A DNA stretch of 64,000 nucleotides, taken from assembly GCA_000004695.1 (NCBI GenBank), contig CM000150.2, positions 3,520,001-3,584,000 of the forward strand, read 5' to 3'. Position numbers and translations under genes: made by a program. A model generated the notes under the pieces. The model made no database searches. It was not told where the DNA came from and saw nothing but the letters and a program-made list of their open reading frames with translations. The stretch comes from Dictyostelium discoideum. Its lineage: Eukaryota. Shown piece after piece: positions 33,343-47,461 of this stretch (the first letter of the stretch is position 1; each line of letters opens with the position of its first letter).

Positions 33343-34182
33343 TTATTTATTTTTAGATCTTAAATATTTTTTATATTTTCCTGATTGTTTTAATTTTTCC
33401 ATACGTTCAATGGATTTCTTTTTATGATATTCCCAATCTTCTTTAGTATAACCCATTTTTAATCTATATTCCTCTTCTTTCTCTTCGTCAGTTTTTTGAA
33501 TGAATTTAAATTTATTGATGAAAATAAAAGTGTATATCGATTTTAAGATTTTAAATGGAAAGATAAAAAATAGTTGTATAATGAATAAACTGGATATGGT
33601 GGGTTTATCAGCACCTTGAATTACTAATTGAATTTCATCTTCATCACCATCCAATTGTGCTAAACGTTTCTTATATTGATCAGTTTGTTTTGCCCTTTTA
33701 ATCATTGAATGATGTTTATTATATTGATAGACGAATTTACCAATGGTGATCACTATTATTAAGCCCAATAGCACATGACGAAGATCGTGGCTTATACCGG
33801 TATAACGATAGGCATACTTGCCATAATAATTCTCATGCCAAGGGATACCGTTGACTAAAAGCTCGTCATACTCTTTTCTAGTTTCGTCAGTGGTTAATAC
33901 TGAATGTGCTTGATTCAGCAGAATGTATAATGAATGTGACGATTTCTCAACATTTCTATCTGGATGATGTTTTAATGATAATTTTCGAAAACTTTTTTTA
34001 ATTTCTGAATAGGTTGAATCCTTTGTAACATTTAGTATTTTATAATAATCAATTCCTTTTTCATAATCATTAAGTATTGAATAATAAAGTGATGATTTAC
34101 ATTCAACAACTTGATTAATCGTTAAAATAAATAATGTTATTAATATTGAAATAATTTTAATTTTATTTTTAACTTGAATCAT
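33343..34182 (-). CDS. DnaJ (J-domain) membrane protein, DNAJC25-like; single exon
   Basis: Signal-like MIQVKNKIKIISILITLFILTINQVVEC, then the J-domain DYYKILNVTKDSTYSEIKKSFRKLSLKHHPDRN, then hydrophobic segments. The upstream part of the track ORF (polyK from a poly-A run) is treated as 5'UTR. Confidence 0.7.
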   Translation of the reverse strand: MIQVKNKIKIISILITLFILTINQVVECKSSLYYSILNDYEKGIDYYKILNVTKDSTYSEIKKSFRKLSLKHHPDRNVEKSSHSLYILLNQAHSVLTTDETRKEYDELLVNGIPWHENYYGKYAYRYTGISHDLRHVLLGLIIVITIGKFVYQYNKHHSMIKRAKQTDQYKKRLAQLDGDEDEIQLVIQGADKPTISSLFIIQLFFIFPFKILKSIYTFIFINKFKFIQKTDEEKEEEYRLKMGYTKEDWEYHKKKSIERMEKLKQSGKYKKYLRSKNK

Positions 34183-34407
34183 AATTCTTTGGTTTTTTTT
34201 TTTTTTTTTTTTTTTTATTGGTGTGGTCAAATAAATGCAAAACAAAAAAGAAAAATGAAAAAAAAAAAAATAACAAAACAAAATTGTTTTTTTTTTCATA
34301 TATAAATTGATGCAAAACACTAAATAAAAAATTTTTTAAATAAAAAATCTAGCAAATATTCATTTTAATCTTCAAAGATTCTATCTTTTATTTTTATTTG
34401 TAGTTTT

Positions 34408-34443
<36 letters not shown>

Positions 34444-35036
34444 AATAAAAATTCTATTGAATATCGATGGTATTATTTTGTAATTGTTGAAATGTAATTT
34501 GAATTTGATTTGTATTATCTTTATCCATAAAATTCTTTAATTGTACTCAAGTTAATGAATCACTATAAAAAAATATCTGTACTTCTGATATACTATTTTC
34601 ACCACCATTATTAAATTAAAATGAAATCCTATCTTTCAAGAGTTGATGTTCCTAATGATAATAATCTTTACATCCAAACAAAACTATAAATACTTACCAA
34701 ATCTATAAATTTTTGAAAAGAAAAAAAAAGGAAAAAAAATTATTAAAAATTTATTTTTTTATTTATTCATTTATTTATTTATTCATTTATTCATTCATTC
34801 ATTCATTTATTTATTTATTTATTTATACCATTAGACTATAAAAAAAAAAAATAATAACAGATTATAAATTAAACAAAAAACATGGCCTAATTATTTGTCA
34901 AAATTTTAACAACATTTGACTTTAAAAAAAAAATAGTTAATCCCTTCAAATAAAAAAATAATAATAATAAGCACTATGTGACAATTAAAAAAAAATAAAA
35001 ATAGAAAATAATAAAAATTAATAATCGCAATGAGAC

Positions 35037-35078
<42 letters not shown>

Positions 35079-35281
35079 TTTTTAAAAAATTTAAATTGCA
35101 ATTAACAAAAAAAAAAAAAAAAAAAAAATATTCAAATATTACTTTTTTTTTTTTTTCAATAAAACATAAACAATAATAAAAAGGTAACAATTAAAATTGT
35201 AAATAAGGCAACCCTTTTTAAACAAAAAAAAAAAATAAAAAAATAAAAAAAAATAAAAAAATAAAAAAAAAATAAAAAATC

Positions 35282-36079
<798 letters not shown>

Positions 36080-36447
36080 TAACTAATTAAAATAACCATT
36101 GGTAATAATTTTTTTTTTTTTTTTTTTTTTTTTTTATTTGGGGCGCTTTAATGTTTTGCTAACCAATTATTTCCTAAAAAAAATTGTTAAGAAAAATAAA
36201 AGAATTGTTTAAAAAAAACAAGAAACAAAAAATAATTATTCTTTTATATTTTTAGATTGAAATTAAAAACATACCAAAAGCAAGTGATTATCAAGAAATT
36301 AAATTCTCATTGTATTTATATATTGAAAAAGATCAGTAGAAAAAAAAAAAAGGTGGAAATTTATAATTATTAAATAAATCTCAAATTATTTTTTTTTTTT
36401 ATTTTTTGAAATTTTGTTTTTTTAAAATTTTTTTTTTTGAAATTTTT

Positions 36448-36493
<46 letters not shown>

Positions 36494-36677
36494 TACAACT
36501 AAACTATTAATAAAGCTTTTTTTTTTTTTTTCAAAACAAACTCTTTTTATGTGTTTTGTTTTATTTATTAATAAATAATAAAACTAATCTATAAATATTT
36601 TTCAAAACCACCCTAATTTGTGAAAACACAAAAATAAAAAAAAGTTAAAAAAACAAAAAAACAAAACAAAAGCAAAA

Positions 36678-37288
36678 ATGGTATTATATTTTAAGCTCAT
36701 TGGTATGTTTATTTTATTTCTTTGTATGGGAATAAATTAAAAATTATATAATACTAATATTAAATGATAAATAAATAAATAAATAAATAGATCCAGAATA
36801 TATTTGTTATATGGGTATTGATAAATTTGAGAATGAAGATTTAATTAAATATGGATGGCCAGAGGATGTTTGGTTTCATGTTAATGATTTATCATCAGCT
36901 CATGTTTATTTAAGATTAAGAAAGGGAGAAACATGGAATGATATTCCAGCAAATATTTTAGAAGAATGTTGTCAATTAGTTAAACAAAACTCTATTCAAG
37001 GTTGTAAAGAAGCATCAGTTGATATCGTCTATACACCATGGGCAAACTTAAAGAAAACAGCTGGTATGGAAGCTGGTCAAGTTTTATATCACAATGAAAG
37101 AGAGGTAAAATATGTTAGAAATGTTAGAAAAGACTCTAAAATTATCAATCGTATTGAAAAAACTAGAGAAAAGAGAGAAGTTGATTTAATGCATGAAAGA
37201 GATTCAAGAGATAAATCTGAAAGACATGAAAAAAGAAAAGAACAAGAAGAAAAGGTAAATTTATTTTATATATATAAATTATATATAT

Positions 37289-37331
<43 letters not shown>

Positions 37332-37509
37332 CTCTCAATTAACACTTTAACATTCTAATTTATTAAATTAATTTTAGAGAAGAGCAGAAAAGAAAGCATA
37401 TGAAGAAAAACAAAAAATGGAGGATATTAAAAAATATACATCAATTATGAAAACTGATAACATGAAATTTAATAAATACAATCCAACTGATGAAGATGAT
37501 TTTATGTAA
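36678..37509 (+). CDS. CCDC25 (coiled-coil domain-containing protein 25, NFACT-R/DUF814-like); 3 exons 36678..36702, 36791..37254, 37378..37509
   Basis: [37 protein letters not shown]...NSIQGCK...[13 protein letters not shown] is near-identical in pattern to human CCDC25. Confidence 0.85.
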
Positions 37510-37554
37510 TCAAATTCATTTTAAAATTTTCTTAAATTTTCTAATTAATTTTAC

Positions 37555-37591
<37 letters not shown>

Positions 37592-37996
37592 AAAATAAAT
37601 TTTTTTTTTTTTTTTTTTTTTCAAATCGCTCATGTTTCATTTTATTTGGAATGGGAAATCCTTGGGAGGAAAAAAAAAAAAAAAAAAAATGAAAAAATAG
37701 GCGAAAAAAAAAAAAATAAAAAAAAAATAAAATAAAAAACAAACCCAATCACGAATGATTGGTGGAATTTCTTATAAAAAAGAGTCAGTTCATTTTTTTT
37801 TTTTTCTTTTTTTTTTTAAAAAAAAAAAAATAAAAAATAAAAATAAAAATAAAAAAAAAAAACATACTAAGATTTTTTTTTTCTAAAAAAAAATTTTTTT
37901 TTTTTTTTTTTTTTTTTTTAATCAGTTCCCGCTCTCGCACATAAAAAAAAAAAAAATACGTATTGATCGCGTAGTTTAGTATTTATTTATATCATT

Positions 37997-38070
37997 TGTA
38001 TATATTAGTATTATATTTAAATTAAATAATTTTCGAGATAAGAACCCTTATTTTCATATATTATTATTTA
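37997..38070. promoter_or_regulatory. conserved promoter block of MSMO1 paralog A (tatattagtatta...TCGAGATAAGAaccCTTATTTTCAT); partner copy at 39527..39600
   Basis: An ~75-bp block 60-90 bp upstream of each MSMO1 ATG is conserved between the paralogs. It contains a GATA-type AGATAAG core. Confidence 0.5.
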
Positions 38071-38145
38071 TAAAAATAAATTAGTTTGTGGAAATCAAAA
38101 AAAAAAAAAAAAAAACAAAAAAAAAAACAAAAATAAAATAAAATA

Positions 38146-38395
38146 ATGGAATCACTTTCATTAAAATTTATTGAACCATATTGGTTCAAATTTGTAGATT
38201 ATTATGGTGAAGACTTTCTTATTACCTATGGTACATTCATTGCCCACGAAGTCTTTTACTTTGGTTCATTCATTCCATTCTTTTTATGTGATTTTATGCC
38301 ATTCCTTCAAAAATATAAAATCCAACCAGTAAGTTTTTTTTTTTAAAAAAAAAATTATATATATATATATAAATAATAATATTTCTAAAACTAAT

Positions 38396-38431
<36 letters not shown>

Positions 38432-39074
38432 TATTATTTTATAGACAAAAAAAAATGAATGGAAAACTCAATTTAATTGTATTTTCAAAGTTTTAATGAC
38501 ACATATTTTTGTTCAATTACCAATGATGTATATCTTTGATCCAGCAATTAAAGCAATTGGTTTATCAGCAAGAGCACCATTACCATCAATTCCTTATTTA
38601 ATTTTCACAATCGCATGTTGTTTCCTTATTGAAGATTTCTATTTCTATTGGGTACATAGAGCATTACATCACGGATTTTGGTATAAACATATTCATAAGG
38701 TACATCATGATCATGCTGCACCATTTGGTATGACTGCTGAATACGCTCATCCATTAGAAACCGTTATTTTAGGTGTTGGTACAGTCATTGGTCCATTCCT
38801 TTTCTCACGTGATCTTTTCACTCTTTGGGTTTGGTTAGGTACTCGTCTCTTCCAAACTGTTGAATGTCATTCAGGTTATGATTTCCCATGGAATCCAACA
38901 AAATTAATTCCATTTTGGGGTGGTTCTCATTTCCATGATTTCCATCATGAAACTTTTGTTGGTAATTACTCTTCAACCTTTACTTATTTAGATAAAATTT
39001 TTGGTACATCTGATAAATATTATTCAAGAAAACAAATTAGAGATTCTAAACTTGCTGCTGGTAAATCTGAATAA
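38146..39074 (+). CDS. methylsterol monooxygenase (C-4 sterol methyl oxidase, ERG25/MSMO1) paralog A; 2 exons 38146..38328 and 38445..39074
   Basis: Histidine boxes HRALHH and HKVHHDH, plus FGMTAEYAHPLE and HDFHHETFVGNYSSTFTYLDKIFGT, match MSMO1. Confidence 0.85.
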
Positions 39075-39526
39075 AAAAATAAAAAAAATAATAAAATAAA
39101 ATAATAAAAAAATAAAAAAAAATAAAAAAATAAAAAAAATTAAAAAAACAATTGCACACACTAAAAAAAAAAAATTTTAAAATTTAAGATTTGATCAGAA
39201 ATTGATTTTTTGGAACATGCAACGTGTTCTATTTACAAAACGAAATATTATCAAAATAAATATAAAATAAAAAATAAAAAAAAAAAAAATGAAAAACAAA
39301 AAACAAAAATAAAAACCAAAACAGATGGAGGTGACACATTTATTAGCCGTCAACCTTAGAATTTTATTTTTTTTATTTTTTTTTTTTTTATTTTTTTTAT
39401 ACCATTTTTTTTTATTTTTTTTATACCATTTTTTTTTATTTTTTTTAATTTTTTTTTTTTTTTTTTTTTTTTTCTTTTTTGGAATCAATAATAATAAAAA
39501 TAATATTTATTTATATATTTAAAAAC

Positions 39527-39600
39527 TATATATTAGTATTATTTAAAAAATAATTATCGAGATAAGATCATCTTATTTTCATTTATTATTTTATTTATTA
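39527..39600. promoter_or_regulatory. conserved promoter block of MSMO1 paralog B (second copy)
   Basis: See the entry at 37997..38070. Confidence 0.5.
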
Positions 39601-39642
39601 ATTATTTATTTTTTTTGAAAAAAAAAAAAAAAAAAAAAAAAA

Positions 39643-39833
39643 ATGGAATCACTTTCATTAAAATTTATTGAACCATATTGGTTTAAATTTGTAGATTATT
39701 ATGGTGAAGAATTTTTACTCACCTATGGTACTTTTATTGCTCATCAAGTTTTTTATTTTGGATGTTTCATTCCATTCTTAATAGCCGATTTTATTCCTTT
39801 CTTTAGAAAATATAAAATTCAACAAGTAAAGTA

Positions 39834-39879
<46 letters not shown>

Positions 39880-40529
39880 TAATAATGATTAAAAATAAAA
39901 AAAAAAAGACTAAAGAGAATGATTGGAAATCTCAAACATATTGTGCAATTAAAGTTATATTGACACAAGTACTTATTCAATTACCAATGATGTATATATT
40001 TGATCCAGCAATTAAAGCAATTGGTTTATCAGCAAGAGCACCATTACCATCAATTCCTTATTTACTATTGACACTTGTATCAAGTTTTATTATTGAAGAT
40101 TTTTATTTCTATTGGGCACATAGAGCATTACATCATGGTATTTGGTATAAATATATTCATAAGGTACATCACGATTATGCATCACCATTTGGTATTACAG
40201 CTGAATACGCTCACCCATTGGAAACCATTATTTTGGGTGTTGGCACTGTTATTGGTCCATTCCTTTTCTCACGTGATCTTTTCACTCTTTGGGTTTGGTT
40301 AGGTGTTAGATTATATCAAACTGTTGAATGTCATTCAGGTTATGATTTCCCATGGAGTTTTACAAATTTAATTCCATTTTGGGGTGGTGCTCCTTTCCAT
40401 GATTATCATCATGAAGTATTTATTGGAAATTATGCTTCAACTTTTACTTATTTAGATAAAATTTTTGGAACTTCTGGAAAATCTTATTACTCTAGAATTG
40501 AAAAAAAATCAATTAATAAATCTGAATAA
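39643..40529 (+). CDS. methylsterol monooxygenase (ERG25/MSMO1) paralog B, tandem duplicate; 2 exons 39643..39825 and 39909..40529
   Basis: About 85% identical to paralog A at the protein level, with the same intron position and phase. Confidence 0.85.
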
Positions 40530-41058
40530 TTTAATATGATTTATTATTTTAAATTATTTCATTTTATTTATTTAATATTAAATTAAATAGATCACTTTAT
40601 AAATTTATTAAAAAAAACTTATCCTTTTTTTTTTATTTTTTTTTTATTTATCCACCCATCCTTATTTTTTTACAAATTTCCGAACTTATATTATATTTGG
40701 TTGTGAATATTTTAAACATAAATTATAATTTGTTTTATTTTTTTTATGTTTAAAATATTTTGTTTTTTTTTTTTTTAAGATTTATGATTTTTTTTGATCA
40801 TGATTTTTTTTTTTTTTTTTTTTGTCTTCTGCTATCCATTTTTTTTTTTTTTTTTTTTTTTTCATAAAATATCAAATAATTTTTTTTCTTAATGAGGTAA
40901 AAAACACTACAAATTACCTTTTTTTTTATTTATTTTTTTTTTTTCACTTTTTTTTAATTTTTTGTTTTTGCATTTTTTTTAATTTTTTTTATTTATTTTT
41001 TATTTTTTTTTTTTTTTCTTTACTTAATTTAAAATCAAAAAATTAAATTTCAACACAA

Positions 41059-41960
41059 ATGAGCTCAATAGAAGAGATTGACACTGATGAAACATTCACA
41101 TCAGATTATGTGAGTGCTAGAAAAGATGAAGTTGATGATATTATAACAGCAACTACAATTGCACAAAAAAAAATGGAGAATTCAATTTTGGAAAAATTAA
41201 ATTCAACTGAAAATGGGTATGTATATTATAATATAATAATAATTATTAAATATTAAATATTAATAGATTTAATTTTTTTTTTTTTTAAAAAAAAAAGTAA
41301 TATAATTGAAAAAAAAAAGATATTAAATTTTTTAATGAATGGTATTGAAAAAATACCAATGTCACATCAAGGTTTAGATTCAAGTAAAGTTTGGATATCA
41401 TTTTGGATATTGAATGGTATGGATATGTTGGATAGTTTAGATAGTTATCCAAATATATCAAGTAGGGCAAGTAAATATTTATCAATATTACAAAATGATG
41501 ATAATAATGGTAATAATAATAATAGGGAGAATAATCAAAATGGTGGTGGATTTGGTGGTGGTAATTCACATACAAGTCATGTGGTCAGTACATTTGCAGC
41601 GGTTTCAGCACTTTATGTAATTGGTACAGAGGAATCTTATAAAACTATTGACCGTGAAGCAATGTATAAATTTTTAATGAGGATGAAAACAAAAGAGGGT
41701 GCATTCACAAGTGAGGATGGTGGTGAGTATGATTCTAGAACAACCTACTGTGCAATTGCAGTTGCCTCAATGTTAAATATTTTAACAGCAGAGCTTGAAA
41801 GAGGTGTTGTCGATTTCTTATTATCTTGTCAAACTTATGAGGGTGGTTTTGGTGCTTATCCATTCAACGAAGCTCATGGCGGTTATACATTTTGTTCAGT
41901 TGCTGCATTATCAATTTTAAATAGTTTACATAAAATCGATATGAATTCTTTACATGTAAG

Positions 41961-42019
<59 letters not shown>

Positions 42020-42716
42020 TTAATATTAAATATAAATATATATATATTAATTATTTTATTATATTTTATAGAGATGGATTACATATAGACAATCAAATGA
42101 TGGTGGATTTGAGGGTAGAACTAATAAATTAGTTGATACTTGTTATTCATATTGGCAAGGTGCTGTTTATATTATAATTCAATCTTATTTTAATTATTAT
42201 AAAAAACAACAACAAGATGATGGTGATGGTAAGGAAGGTGATCAACAAGAAGAGGGTTTATTATTTAATCAAGCTAAATTACAAGAATATGTAATTAGAT
42301 TTTGCCAACAAAGTGATAAGAAGTATAGTGGTTTTTCTGATCACCCTCATAGAGGCAAAGATTATTATCATACTTGTTATGGTTTATCAGGTATCTCTTT
42401 ATCACAATATAATGAAATTGGAAAAGCTATTCAATCACTTAATACCTTTACAAATACTTTTGAACAGCCATCACCACCAATAAATAAAAAATCTACAAAT
42501 GTTTTTACAATTTCAAATAATAATAATAATAATAATAATAAAAATAATAATAGTGATGATAATAATAATAATAGTAATAATAATAATAATAATAGTGAGA
42601 ATCAATTAGTTGAACCAGTTCACCCGATTTATAATATTAAATTATCAAAATGTGAAAAAGGGTTAAAATATTTTTATTCATTAAATTCTATAAATAGCAA
42701 TAATGGAACTAAATAA
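41059..42716 (+). CDS. protein farnesyltransferase beta subunit (FNTB-like prenyltransferase alpha-alpha toroid); 3 exons 41059..41216, 41298..41955, 42072..42716
   Basis: GGFGGGN, EGGFGAYPFNEAHGGYTFCSVAALSIL and RWITYRQSNDGGFEGRTNKLVDTCYSYWQ match FTase-beta repeats. Intron 2 carries (TA)n. The C-terminus has a polyN insert. Confidence 0.8.
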
Positions 42717-43351
42717 AAAAAAAAAAGCTTGTGTTAAATATTTTTTTTTTTTTTTAAGTTTTGAAATAGATTTATTCCTTTTCCAAAAGGAATTTAAAGA
42801 TGCTTCTGTATCTTTGGGTACTTTATTTTTTTATGCTAAATTCATATTAAAATAAAAAAATAAAATAATTGATTGCTAAAAAAAAAAAAAAAAAAAAATA
42901 AAATAATTTTGAGATTTTTTTTTTTTTTTTTGTTTATATAAATTAAATTATTATTATATTTTTTTTTTTTTTATTTTTTTGTTAATATAAATTAAATTTT
43001 ATAAATTTAGGTTAAAATGAAAAAGAAAAAAACTAATTTTAAAAGAAACCATTAATTTCGGAATTGAATGAATTATTGTAAAATTTATTTAGTTTTCCGA
43101 TGTGATGGGATTGTCATTTTAATTATTTTTTTTTTTTTCATAATTTTTTTTTTTTTGGGTTTAAAAAAAAAAAGGCCAGGTTCGGGGAAAATTTTTATTT
43201 AAATTTAAAATTTTTTTTTATTTTTTTATTGGTATCTTTACCCTGGGAACTTATTTTAGTGACGGGAAAGTTTGGTTTCCACAAACGATTTTTTTAAAAA
43301 TTTTTTTACTGCAGATATTTTTTCATTTTTTTTTTTGTAGTTTTTATTCAT

Positions 43352-43401
<50 letters not shown>

Positions 43402-43595
43402 GAAAAATTAAAAAAATTAATCATTTTAAAATTTAATCACACACAAAAAAGAAAAATAAATAAAAAAAAAAAAGTAATATCAAAAACTTATTTTGTTTGG
43501 ATAAAATTTTTTTTTATTTTTTTTTTATTTTTTTATTTTTTTTTTTTTTTTTATTTGGTAGTGTGTTAAAAATATAAACTAAAACTAAAAAAAAA

Positions 43596-44188
43596 ATGAA
43601 ACTTTTGTCTTCATTAATTATTTTTTTTGTTATTGTATTATTTTGTGTTGTTGGATCATTATCAGCATCATTATGTAAATATCCAGGTTATTCAACTCAA
43701 GGTGTTACAAAAACAAATAATGGTTATGAGGCAACACTTAACCTTATTTCAGCAGGTCCATATGGTAACGATATAGAACAATTAAATTTTCAATTAACTT
43801 TTGAAACTAGTCAAATTTTTAGAGTTAGAATTACTGACCCAAATAATCAAAGATGGGAAGGTAAGATTTTAAATTTAAATTAAAATAATAATATATTAAT
43901 GAATAATTATTTTTAAATAATAAATAATAAATAATAAATAATAAATAATAAATAATAAATAATAATTTTTTTTTTTTTAATAGTCCCACCAACTGTTAAT
44001 CAATTAGTTGGAGAAAATCCAGATTCAACTGATTATATAATTGAATTTACAAATAATCCATTTGGTTTTGCAGCAACTCGTATTTCAACTGGTGAAGTTT
44101 TATTTAATACAACTCAACCAAGTGATTGTTCATTTAATGGTTTAATTGTTTGTTATTATTTATTTATTTATTAATATTAAAAATTTTA

Positions 44189-44223
<35 letters not shown>

Positions 44224-46431
44224 CTTCTTTTATTAATCTTTTTTTTTTTTTATTAGTATTCAAATTATTATTTAGAATTAAGTACATCATTCACAGAGAG
44301 TAATCCAAATATTTATGGTTTAGGAGAACGTACAAGTCAATTAAGATTATTTAATAATTTTACATATACTTTATTTGCAAAAGATCAAGGTACAGCAAGT
44401 ATACCAAATATTAATTTATATGGTTCACATCCATTTTATTTACAACTTTCATCAAGTTCAGGTAATGCAAATGGTGTATTTCTATTGAACTCCAATGCAA
44501 TGGATGTTCAATTACAACCAAATTCATTAACATATAAAGTTGTTGGTGGTATTTTCGATTTATTCTTTTTCACAGGACCAACACCATTATCAGTGATTCA
44601 ACAATATTCCCAAGTCATTGGTACAACTCATATGCCATCCTATTGGTCACTCGGATATCATAATTGTAGATGGGGTTATCATTCAATTGCAGAGACTGCT
44701 CAAGTGGTTGCAAACTATTCAAAATATAATATTCCATTAGAGACCATGTGGAATGATATCGATTATATGGATAGCTTTAGAGATTTCACAACTGATCCAG
44801 TTAATTTCGCCGCTTCAGATTATAAGACATTCATCGATGGTCTTCATGCAAATAATCAACATTATATTATGATTGTTGATCCTGGTATTTCAAATATTGA
44901 ACCAATCTATCAAAGTCACATTGATTTAATGGAATCTGGTGCCTACATTAAAGCTGGTGGTACAGATGGTGAACCATTGGTTGGTTCAGTTTGGCCAGGT
45001 TATGTTAATTTCCCAGATTTCCTTCATCCAAATGGTACCGAATTTTGGACTCAACAATTTCAACGTTTCTATGAAACCGTTCAATTCGATGGTGTTTGGA
45101 TCGATATGAATGAGATTTCAAACTTTTGTGATGGTAATTGTTTCAACAATACTGATACTCCAATGCCACCACCACAATTTGATCCAAACTATCCACCATA
45201 CATTCCAGGTGGTGTACCATTATATTCAAAAACCATCAATATGACCTCTCTTCAATATAATAATACCTTGGTTTATAATTCACACAGTCTCTATGGTTAC
45301 ACTGAAGGTTTAGCAACTCAATTAGCAGTTCAATCCATTTTAGGTACCCGTTCAACCATTATTTCAAGAAGTACTTTCCCAGGTACTGGTGCTCATTTTG
45401 CCCATTGGTTAGGTGATAATAAAAGTACTTTTACCGATATGTATTACTCGATTCCAGGTATGTTAGCAATGAATATGTTTGGTATTCCAATGGTTGGTGC
45501 TGATATTTGTGGTTTCAATGGTGATTCAAATGCTGAACTCTGTGGTAGATGGCTTCAATTGGGTTGTTTCTATCCATTCACTCGTAATCATAATACATTT
45601 TTAGGTGCACCACAAGAGCCTTGGGTATTTGGTCAAGAGGTTGTCGATATTTCAATCAAAGCAATCAATGGTAAATTAACTTTGTTACCATTCTATTACA
45701 CATTGTTCCATATTTCTCATGTTTCTGGTGATCCAGTTGTTAGACCATTATTCTTTGAATATCCATCAGATCCAAATACTTTTGCAATTGATCAACAATT
45801 TTTAGTTGGTACAGGTTTAATGGTATCACCAGTTCTCACTCAAGGTGCTACCACAGTGAATGCTTACTTCCCAAATGATATCTGGTATGAATATGGTAAT
45901 GGTTCATTGGTTCAATCAGTTGGTACCCATCAAACTTTAAATGCTCCATTCGATGTAATCAACGTTCATATGCGTGGTGGTAATATCATTCCAACTCAAC
46001 CAACCTCCTCATATGTTACACCAGTTGATGGTATTCCAATTACCACTAAAATCTCTAGAACTTTACCATTTGAATTGATTATTGCCTTGGATTCTTCATT
46101 ACAAGCAACTGGTCAATTATTCTTGGATGATGGTGAATCAATTCAAACCTATGTTGATAATAAATACTCTTTCATTCAATTCGATGTTGTCTCCTCACCA
46201 TCTTCATCTGCCTACAAATTACAATCAACCATTCTCAATAACAATTATAATGGTACCGCTTCTTTAATCATTAATTCTATCCAAATCTACGGTTCGCCAT
46301 CAGTTCAACAAGTCATTGTTAATGGTAGCCCAATCAATTCATTTAATGCTGTTTCTGATTCAACTCTCTCTGTTTCAAATTTACAACTTGCTTTAGATGA
46401 ATCCTTTGAAGTTGATTTTGTATTATATTAA
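43596..46431 (+). CDS. GH31 alpha-glucosidase (lysosomal acid alpha-glucosidase GAA-like), secreted; 3 exons 43596..43860, 43984..44147, 44257..46431
   Basis: Signal peptide, then LYGSHPFYL, then the GH31 catalytic motif DGVWIDMNEISNF, then GAHFAHWLGDN. The donor of intron 2 is GTTTGT. Confidence 0.8.
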
Positions 46432-46559
46432 AAATTATCAACAAATAAAATTAAAATTAGTTATATTTTTTTTAAATTAAAAAAAAAAAAAATAAAAAAA
46501 ATAAATTATTTATTAAATTTTTAATTATATTAAATAATATTGGATTATTTTCATTTAAT

Positions 46560-46601
46560 AATCGATTTACTACTTGTTTTACTTTTATTATTGTTATTAT
46601 A

Positions 46602-46655
<54 letters not shown>

Positions 46656-46695
46656 GCTATTGTTATTATTATTATAATCATTATTATAATCATTA
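46560..46695. repeat. (ATT)n microsatellite, intergenic
   Basis: Seen directly. Confidence 0.95.
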
Positions 46696-47418
46696 TTAGA
46701 AAAGTGAACAAATTAATTTTTTTAAATTCTATTAAAAAATGTAACAGAAGTGGTATACTCTAGAAAGACTAATAATTATTTATATTTTATTTGTATTTAA
46801 TTAATATTTATATTTTATTTATTTATTTAATACTATATTTAATTTTTTTATCTTTAATTTAATTTATTTTAATTTAATTTAATATTTATTTTATTTATTT
46901 TAATAATATATTTATTTTTTTAATTTAATTATAACATATTTTCTTTAAGAGTGATAAGATAATCAAACTCAAATAAATTTTCTTTTTCATTTTATACTAA
47001 ATAAAATGAGTTGACATAATATACTAAAAGAGAATAATTAAAATAATATATCAAATTTGTAAATAATTAATTTATATTAATTATTGAAAACACTAAAAAA
47101 ATAATATATATAGAAACAATTGATTATAATAATAAAATGAATAATACTAAATAATAATTATAGTAAAAAATAACAACTGGTTTAAGTGCAAAAAAAGAAA
47201 ATTCCAAAAGATTAACAAAAACCTTTTTTTTTTTTAATAACATCACTCAATTTGAGTGTGTTCTAGGAGAGTTTATTTGGTTTTTTTTTTTTTTTTTTTT
47301 TTTTTTTTCTTTTTTTCTTGTTATTCTTATTTTTTTTTATTATTATTATTATTATATTATTATTATTATTATTATATTATTATTATTATTATATTATTAT
47401 TATTATTATTATTGTTAT

Positions 47419-47456
<38 letters not shown>

Positions 47457-47461
<5 letters not shown>

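Noticed and set aside
34183-34320. Upstream extension of the DnaJ ORF (MFCINLYMKKK...[11 protein letters not shown])
   Set aside because: The polyK comes from an A-run and a genuine signal peptide starts at MIQVKNK (ATG 34182). I treat the upstream part as 5'UTR.
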